Positions 31,287 to 37,329 of a stretch of DNA of 64,000 nt are shown here, piece after piece. Below the pieces are notes generated by a model. That model did not search any database, was not told where the DNA came from, and saw only the letters and a list, made by a program, of their open reading frames with translations. The translations under genes were made by a program, and so were the position numbers. The stretch is from Candidatus Falkowbacteria bacterium. GTDB lineage: Bacteria; Patescibacteriota; Patescibacteriia; Patescibacteriales; WJLG01. The stretch's first letter is position 1; the number at the start of each line of letters is the position of its first letter. The stretch is taken from the NCBI GenBank assembly GCA_963747695.1, contig CAVVFV010000008.1, positions 75,592 through 139,591 on the forward strand, in the 5' to 3' direction.

Positions 31287-32351
31287 ATGAAAACCCAAAA
31301 ACAAAAATTGTTCATCGCGCTGCTGATGCTGACCATGCTGCTCGTTTACGGTTCCGTTCCCTCGGTCACCGAAGCTACCTCGATGAAAAGCGTCAAGGAT
31401 ACGATTTCCAGTTCTGATGTTTCCAAAGCTAATGTCACGCACACGATCATTGCCTCAACCACGCAGGCGATTACTGCCAATGGTTATTTTGAAATAATTT
31501 TTCCCGCAGCCTTTACCAATGTCGCGGCTGGCAATCTAACTTGTCCGAATTCGGGAACGCCGGGCGGAGCCGGCAACACTTTGACTTGCGGATACACGGG
31601 CGGTTTGGCAGCCGGACTTTATACGATTACTTTGACCGGCACCACCAATCCTTCGTCGGTCGGCAGCCAGATGATCACGGTCAATACCAAACAAAGCGGC
31701 GGAGCGATGATCGAACATTCCACTTTGCGGGTGGCGATCGTTAATAGCGTGTCAGTCACGGCTACCGTTCAAGCATCCCTGACTTTTACAATCTCCGGCA
31801 TTGGCACGACAACCCCCGAGTATGTTAACGGCGTTCTCTGCAATGCTTCCTCGACTTACAATACCTTGCCTTATGGAATTCTGACTCCGGGAGTAGAGAA
31901 GACCATCTGCCAAAGAATGAACGTTACCACTAACGCCGATTATGGCTATTCAGTTACGGTAGTCCAAGATCATAATCTGTTAGCCAGCAATGGCGCCGAT
32001 ATTGATTCTTTCGATAATGGCTTGCCCGCTTCCACAACTCCTCTGGCTTGGGCATCGCCATCGGCTGTCTTAGGCAATGCCCATACTTACGGTCATTTCG
32101 GTTTAACGAGCGGTGATACTACTTTAAGTGATGGTAATCCTTTCATTGGCTCGCTTTATAAAGGTTTTTGGCTCAACAGAAACACCTCGACTGAAATCCC
32201 GATTGAAGTTATGTGGCACAATGGCGTTTCCGACGGTCTGACCAAAGGGATCGGCTCATCGACCGTGGCTTATTCGGTCGAAATCAGCGCCTTGCAAGAA
32301 GCCGGTGATTATTCCAATACGCTGACTTACGTCTGCACCCCGACTTACTAA
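31287..32351 (+). CDS. Secreted protein (354 aa from ATG 31287; the track ORF starts at TTG 31254) with a C-terminal WxL-like domain shared with the giant protein
   Basis: Signal peptide MKTQKQKLFIALLMLTMLLVYGSVPSVTEA. The C-terminal ~200 aa (31730..32348) are homologous to 30461..30997. TAA stop is followed by a terminator. Confidence 0.85.
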   Translation: MKTQKQKLFIALLMLTMLLVYGSVPSVTEATSMKSVKDTISSSDVSKANVTHTIIASTTQAITANGYFEIIFPAAFTNVAAGNLTCPNSGTPGGAGNTLTCGYTGGLAAGLYTITLTGTTNPSSVGSQMITVNTKQSGGAMIEHSTLRVAIVNSVSVTATVQASLTFTISGIGTTTPEYVNGVLCNASSTYNTLPYGILTPGVEKTICQRMNVTTNADYGYSVTVVQDHNLLASNGADIDSFDNGLPASTTPLAWASPSAVLGNAHTYGHFGLTSGDTTLSDGNPFIGSLYKGFWLNRNTSTEIPIEVMWHNGVSDGLTKGIGSSTVAYSVEISALQEAGDYSNTLTYVCTPTY

Positions 32352-32374
32352 AGTTAAATATATTTTGCTTAAAT

Positions 32375-32410
32375 AAACCCCTGCTTTTTAAAGCGGGGGT
32401 TTTGATTTTT
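32375..32410 (+). terminator. Rho-independent terminator after the 31287..32351 gene
   Basis: Stem AAACCCCTGC (32375..32384) pairs with GCGGGGGTTT (32393..32402), with one G-U pair. The loop is TTTTTAAA, followed by TTTTGATTTTT. Confidence 0.75.
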
Positions 32411-32951
32411 GAATTAGAGACGATGCTTTTCATTTCCTTTTGTTCTTTTTTAATCCGGCAATTGCTTATTTTTTTGCCACTTTTTTTGGAAAAAGTGGCG
32501 CATCCCGCAAAAATGACGGGACAAGAAAAACTGCTCGCAGGAAAAATTTTGGGACTCTCCGCTAGGAAGCCTAGCAAAATTGCTAACCTCGTCGGCGCGG
32601 CGCCTCCTCAAACAACGCAATTTTGCACGGCTTCTGCGCTGCGCGTCTTAGCCAAAATTTTTCAATGCTCGCTATAATGAATTTTAGTTATAAGTTGGTT
32701 CTGGCAAGGTTTCTGGAAATTATTTTATTGCCAAGCTTTTGTATTTTGCTGTGGCCGGATTAAATCTATAATTCCCAGGCAGCTTGCTCACTGGGATGAA
32801 CTAATCGCGAGGGTCGGGGGAGGAATGAGGCGACCCGAGCGACATTGGAAGGGGGAGTCAATTTTAATTCGATTCGTGGATTTTGCAGTATTCGCGTAAA
32901 ATTAGTAGTATTCGTATTATATTTCTGCACAGCTTAGTAACAATCTGCCAG

Positions 32952-32980
32952 TTGAGAAAATCTCCGATAATTGATATAAT
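32952..32980 (+). promoter_or_regulatory. Sigma-70-type promoter candidate: TTGAGA-N17-TATAAT with an extended TG
   Basis: -35 TTGAGA at 32952..32957, 17-nt spacer, TG at 32972..32973, and -10 TATAAT at 32975..32980. It reads toward the 33242 gene. Confidence 0.5.
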
Positions 32981-33021
32981 ATTATTGATAAATTAATTAA
33001 TATAAAGACGGCCAAAAGGTC

Positions 33022-33070
33022 GAATTTTGGATTAGAAAAGATAATTATTAGTTTTTCTAATCCAAAGTTT
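33022..33070 (+). promoter_or_regulatory. Long hairpin / palindrome in the 5' leader of the DUF916-like gene triad
   Basis: GAATTTTGGATTAGAAAA (33022..33039) pairs with TTTTCTAATCCAAAGTTT (33053..33070). That gives 14 contiguous Watson-Crick pairs, extended to 18 with two G-U pairs, and a 13-nt loop. No U-run follows, so it is not a canonical terminator. Confidence 0.5.
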
Positions 33071-33241
33071 GAGGATCAGCCGCTGTTGTGGTTTATGTTC
33101 AATGGAAAAAAATTATCTGTCATAATCGGGTTTATTATCAAGCGAAGCGAGCGAAATGATCTCGCGCCTCGCCGGGATCGTTTCCGAGCGAGCGCAGAGA
33201 AAATACTCCGTCCGCTTGCGGCGGAGACACCTGCCAGAAAG

Positions 33242-34360
33242 ATGGGGCGAGTGCTCGCCCTGCGGTTGATACCCTTAATTTTTGTCTGTTTTTTTATTCC
33301 TTTTTGCGGTGTCAAAGCGGCGGATAATGAAATAACCATTAAAGTGACTCCTTCGATCCTTGAGCAGATGGTCAAACCAGGCGATATTTTTTCCAGCCAG
33401 ATCGCGATTACCAATGAATCGCAGCAAGAGATCACTTTTTACCCTTACCTGAAAGATTTTAAGGCCGCGGCCGAAGATGAGAGCGGCCAAGCCCAGTTGA
33501 TCGCTCCGGGATCCGAAACTGGCAATTATATTTCTTCCTGGATAAATATTTCGCCTGATGGCATTGATCTTTTGCCCGGGCAAGAACAGCAAATTCCTTT
33601 TACGATAAACATTCCCACCAATGCCGGCCCCGGAGGATATTACGGAGCGATAGTTTTTGGAACTACCGCGCCGAAGGCGAAGCCGGGAGAAGCGGATAAG
33701 GGCGCCGAGATCGGCGTGGCCGAACAAGCCGCTTCGCTGATCCTTCTGCAAATTGCCGGCATCGCCGATGAGCGGGCGGAGATCCGCGAATTCAAAACCG
33801 ATAAAACTTTTTACAATACCCCTTTCACGGTAAATTTTTCCGCTCGGATCCAAAATTTGGGCAATGTGCACGTCAAACCGATGGGCGTGATTGAAATTAC
33901 CAATATGCTCGGCCGAAAGGTCGCGACGCTGCCGGTTAACGACAAAGGCGGGAATGTCCTGCCCAAGAGTACCAGGTTATTTACCGCCGTTTGGCAAGAC
34001 AGTTTAGGTTTTGGCCGTTATCAGGCGGCCCTGGTTTTAAGTTATGGGACGCCGGCCGATCTGGGCGGCGAAGGCCGTAAAACTTTGACGATGTTCTGGT
34101 ATTTTTGGATTTTGCCGGTTAAAATTTTAATTTCCGCCGGCGCCAGCCTTTTGATCTTGATCATTCTTTTCTTGATTTTTCTCCGGGTTTATCGGCGGAT
34201 GGCGATCAAATCAGCGATGACCAGGATGGGGATGAGAGGCGGACAAGTTTTAAAAAAGCAAAAAACGCCGCGGGAGAAAAACGAATTCCTGCTGACCTTC
34301 CTGATCTTGGGCGGAATTGCGGCGGCGGTAATCGTCATCCTTTATTTCATCTTATTTTAA
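33242..34360 (+). CDS. Surface protein paralogue 1, DUF916+DUF3324-like (CscA-like) architecture, C-terminally membrane anchored
   Basis: The likely start is ATG 33242, giving signal peptide MGRVLALRLIPLIFVCFFIPFCGVKA (the track ORF starts at 33086). First half: ITIKVTPSILEQMVKPGDIFSSQIAITNESQQEITFYPYLKDF...PTNAGPGGYYGAIVFGT. Second half: FSARIQNLGNVHVKPMGVIEITNMLGRKVATLPVNDKGGNVLPKSTRLF...GRYQAALVLSYG. TM ILISAGASLLILIILFLIFL plus a basic stretch, then a second C-terminal TM. Confidence 0.8.
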   Translation: MGRVLALRLIPLIFVCFFIPFCGVKAADNEITIKVTPSILEQMVKPGDIFSSQIAITNESQQEITFYPYLKDFKAAAEDESGQAQLIAPGSETGNYISSWINISPDGIDLLPGQEQQIPFTINIPTNAGPGGYYGAIVFGTTAPKAKPGEADKGAEIGVAEQAASLILLQIAGIADERAEIREFKTDKTFYNTPFTVNFSARIQNLGNVHVKPMGVIEITNMLGRKVATLPVNDKGGNVLPKSTRLFTAVWQDSLGFGRYQAALVLSYGTPADLGGEGRKTLTMFWYFWILPVKILISAGASLLILIILFLIFLRVYRRMAIKSAMTRMGMRGGQVLKKQKTPREKNEFLLTFLILGGIAAAVIVILYFILF

Positions 34361-34380
34361 CCGTTAAATTTTTCGCCTAA

Positions 34381-35388
34381 ATGCGCCGAGCAAAAGAAAT
34401 TTTATTATTAAGTCTGCTGCTTCTGCTGTTTTTTTCGCCGATTATTGCCCAGGCGGATACGACCTTCAATCTGACCGTCACGCCGGCGGTGGTTGACGTC
34501 GCCACTTGCGAGAAGGGTCAGATTTGTCTGGAAAAAACTATTGCGATCAAAAATAATTCCGCCGAGCGCGCCGATGTTTACGCGCAAGTCAACGATCTTT
34601 CACCAACCTCCGGAATCATTCCTTATTCCGATCCATCTGATCTTCCGGCTGACGCTTCGCTCGTCCGCTGGATAGATTTTTATCGTTCAATGATCACGAT
34701 CATGCCGGGAGAAACTGCCACGCAAACCTTGCGCATCACTGCCAGTCCGAATGCCCAGCCCGGCACTTATCACGCGCTCATTTCTTTTCCGACCGGCGGC
34801 AATCTGCCCGAGGCGCAGCTCCTTGATCAAACCTCGAATGTCGCGAAAGTCGAAATCAATCTTAATCTCGTGGAACATCAGGTCGAGCAAGCAGAGATCA
34901 ACCGTTACCAGCCCGTGCACGCCCTTTTTACCAAAAATAATATCGGTTTTGTCTTAAGCGTAAAAAATATCGGCAATCAGCCGGTTTCGCCCAGCGGTGA
35001 AATAGTCGTTTATGATAAGGGCGGGACGGAGGTCGGTTCCTTACCAGTTCAAGGCGGAATGATCGCCCCCAACGAGATCAAGGATTTTTCCGTTGCTGAC
35101 CGCATGAATCTGGGGCCGGGAAAATTTAAGGCCATTCTTAACCTTAATTACGGGCAGGACGGCGGCAAGAATTTGACCGACATCGTTTATTTTTCATATT
35201 TGCCTCTGGTTTGGGCGCTGGTATTACTGATAATCATCCTGGGCTTGCTTTATGGACTCGCCTGGTTCATCCATAAAAAAAGCAAGGGAAAACGATCCGG
35301 CCCGGCCAAGGAAGAAGCCGCTGCGCAACTGCCCGAGCGCCCGAGTCACCTCAAGCATCCCAAATACGTGATTAATTTAAAAAAATGA
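34381..35388 (+). CDS. Surface protein paralogue 2, DUF916+DUF3324-like architecture
   Basis: Signal peptide LLLSLLLLLFFSPIIAQA. First half: FNLTVTPAVVDVATCEKGQICLEKTIAIKNNSAERADVYAQVNDL...SPNAQPGTYHALISFPTG. Second half: FVLSVKNIGNQPVSPSGEIVVYDKGGTEVGSLPVQGGMIAPNEIKDF...GPGKFKAILNLNYG. TM LVWALVLLIIILGLLYGLAWFI followed by HKKSKGKR. Confidence 0.85.
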   Translation: MRRAKEILLLSLLLLLFFSPIIAQADTTFNLTVTPAVVDVATCEKGQICLEKTIAIKNNSAERADVYAQVNDLSPTSGIIPYSDPSDLPADASLVRWIDFYRSMITIMPGETATQTLRITASPNAQPGTYHALISFPTGGNLPEAQLLDQTSNVAKVEINLNLVEHQVEQAEINRYQPVHALFTKNNIGFVLSVKNIGNQPVSPSGEIVVYDKGGTEVGSLPVQGGMIAPNEIKDFSVADRMNLGPGKFKAILNLNYGQDGGKNLTDIVYFSYLPLVWALVLLIIILGLLYGLAWFIHKKSKGKRSGPAKEEAAAQLPERPSHLKHPKYVINLKK

Positions 35389-35441
35389 ATTAGGAATAAT
35401 TATTGGTTTTGTAAAAAATTTATTTAAACTAGAACAATCTG

Positions 35442-36521
35442 ATGCTAAAAAAATTTTTGTTGCTAATCTTTTCGATATTTTTTATTTTCAGTCCGGGTTT
35501 TGCTTGGGCGGCCAATGATTCTTCCGTGGCTTTGACGATTACGCCACCGCTTTCAAAAATTAATATGGAGCCGGGAGAAAGCCTGGCGACGGCGATCAAG
35601 GTCGTCAATAATAACGCTTTCCCGGTAACCATTTATGCCAAGACCGTCGATTTTGCCGATAACGGATCGGGCGGAGTAAAATTTCTGGACGACGGCAATC
35701 TGCCGAACACGCCGGAAAATCAAAGCATCTATCTCAGTCAATGGATCACCTTGAGCCAGGACAGCCAGACTTTGCAACCATTCCAAACCGCCACTTTTTC
35801 TTTTTCCATCGATGTGCCGCTCAATGCCCAGCCCGGCGGACATTACGCGGCAATCCTGGTCGGCACCAATCCGCCCGGAGAGACGGCTAAAGGTACGGAA
35901 ATAAAAGTATCTTCCTATCTTTCGTCCCTGATACTCGCCCGCGTCGCCGGAGCGATCGTGGAAAAAGGGGCAATCAGGGAATTCACTTTTACCAACCGAG
36001 TCTATCAGGGCGGCGAGGGCAATTTCCGCGTCCGGTTTGACAATCTGGGTAACGTCCATCTGGCGCCGACCGGCGATATCAAGATCTTTGATATGTTCGG
36101 CAAGCAAAAGGGCGAGATCCCCGTGAACGAGGCGAGCGAGTTCGGCAATGTCCTGCCCAAAAGCGAACGGACTTGGGATAATTTGAAGTGGTCGGGAGAT
36201 GATTTCTTCTTAATCAATCGTTACCGGGCGGAATTGTCGCTTTCTTACGGCGATGAAGCCAAACAAACCGAATTCGCCACTTTCTTTTTCTGGGGATTTA
36301 ATTGGCGCCTGTTAGCTATCATCGGCGCTGCTCTCTTGATTCTCCTCGTCTTGATCATTATTTTGGTAAGATTCTATATCCGCCGTTCGGTGAAGGATTT
36401 GGAAAAGCAATTCAAACTCGCGGAAGCGGCCCGGAGAAAAGTCGAGAAAAGAAAGATTGAAAAAGAGAAGGCGGAAGAAAAATTGGCGGAGAAAAAAATT
36501 ATCGACTTGCGGAAAAAATAA
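35442..36521 (+). CDS. Surface protein paralogue 3, DUF916+DUF3324-like architecture
   Basis: Signal peptide LLLIFSIFFIFSPGFAWA. First half: VALTITPPLSKINMEPGESLATAIKVVNNNAFPVTIYAKTVDF...PLNAQPGGHYAAILVGT. Second half: FRVRFDNLGNVHLAPTGDIKIFDMFGKQKGEIPVNEASEFGNVLPKSERTW...NRYRAELSLSYG. TM LLAIIGAALLILLVLIIILV followed by a basic and K/E-rich tail. Confidence 0.85.
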   Translation: MLKKFLLLIFSIFFIFSPGFAWAANDSSVALTITPPLSKINMEPGESLATAIKVVNNNAFPVTIYAKTVDFADNGSGGVKFLDDGNLPNTPENQSIYLSQWITLSQDSQTLQPFQTATFSFSIDVPLNAQPGGHYAAILVGTNPPGETAKGTEIKVSSYLSSLILARVAGAIVEKGAIREFTFTNRVYQGGEGNFRVRFDNLGNVHLAPTGDIKIFDMFGKQKGEIPVNEASEFGNVLPKSERTWDNLKWSGDDFFLINRYRAELSLSYGDEAKQTEFATFFFWGFNWRLLAIIGAALLILLVLIIILVRFYIRRSVKDLEKQFKLAEAARRKVEKRKIEKEKAEEKLAEKKIIDLRKK

Positions 36522-36585
36522 TTGAGATTTAAAATTGGTGGTATTTTTTAATTTGATATTATTACAGTTTCTTAAATAATCTTCT

Positions 36586-37329
36586 ATGTTTACGTCTCGT
36601 AAGTATCCAATAAAAAGCATTGATATTTTTTTGCGGTTTTTGACGCCAGCCTTGATTGTCGTTAGTTTTTTTGTTTATTGCCATTCGGCGAAGGCCAATA
36701 GTGATATATTCGTAACTGAAAATACGACCTGGACTAGCGGACAAGTTGTCGTAATTAACGATAACACTAATTTGAATATTCAAGCGACCTTAACGATCGA
36801 ACCTGGCGTTGTTGTAAAATTCGGGAGCAATAGTTTGCTGGCCGTAAACGGAAGTTTGATTATTCAAGGTACCTCTGAAAATTTAGTGACTTTAACCTCT
36901 TTGCGAGACGATTTGGTTGGAGGCGATTCCAACGGCGACGGAGCTTCAACTTTCCCTTCGCCTGGGGATTGGGGCGGAATAATAGATTACGGAAAAATTA
37001 ACGCCGATTATGTTAAAATAAAATATGCTGGCGGTATTACGTTTGGTGGGACGAACATTTATTTTGAAGAAGTGGCATACAGTGGTGAAGCAATAACCCA
37101 TAGCATTTTTATCGATAATTTGGGGTATTTACTTTTTTGGCCTGGCAATTATTCCGCGTTTAAGATTAATTATTCCGATATTTATAATAATATTTATCCT
37201 CTTTCTTCCGGTTCAGGCGGTATTGATATGAGTAATAATTATTGGGGCAGTCCCGAAGGGCCGACATTGTATTATCCGGTGCCCGGAAGGGCGAATATTT
37301 TAGGAAATGTTGGTTATAAGCATTTTTGA
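36586..37329 (+). CDS. Secreted right-handed beta-helix (CASH/NosD-like) protein; possibly the N-terminal part of the next ORF
   Basis: Signal/anchor [20 protein letters not shown]. Body: [64 protein letters not shown] carries the NYWG motif common at the end of CASH-type beta-helices. The TGA stop (37327..37329) overlaps the TTG of the next ORF within a T5 run. Confidence 0.7.
   Translation: MFTSRKYPIKSIDIFLRFLTPALIVVSFFVYCHSAKANSDIFVTENTTWTSGQVVVINDNTNLNIQATLTIEPGVVVKFGSNSLLAVNGSLIIQGTSENLVTLTSLRDDLVGGDSNGDGASTFPSPGDWGGIIDYGKINADYVKIKYAGGITFGGTNIYFEEVAYSGEAITHSIFIDNLGYLLFWPGNYSAFKINYSDIYNNIYPLSSGSGGIDMSNNYWGSPEGPTLYYPVPGRANILGNVGYKHF

Noticed and set aside
32284-32677. ORFs 32402..32677 (+, 91 aa) and 32284..32577 (-, 97 aa) in the long intergenic region
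   Set aside because: They overlap each other on opposite strands and start inside or next to a terminator. They have no RBS, no recognisable motif and an odd composition. I treated the region as non-coding or decayed.
33086-33241. N-terminal extensions given by the ORF track (33086, 31254, 44044, 48583, 40813) as true starts
   Set aside because: In each case an internal ATG is immediately followed by a typical signal peptide or TM anchor, and the upstream extension is basic and unstructured. 44044 would also overlap the previous gene by 89 nt. I kept the internal ATGs, but the starts remain uncertain.
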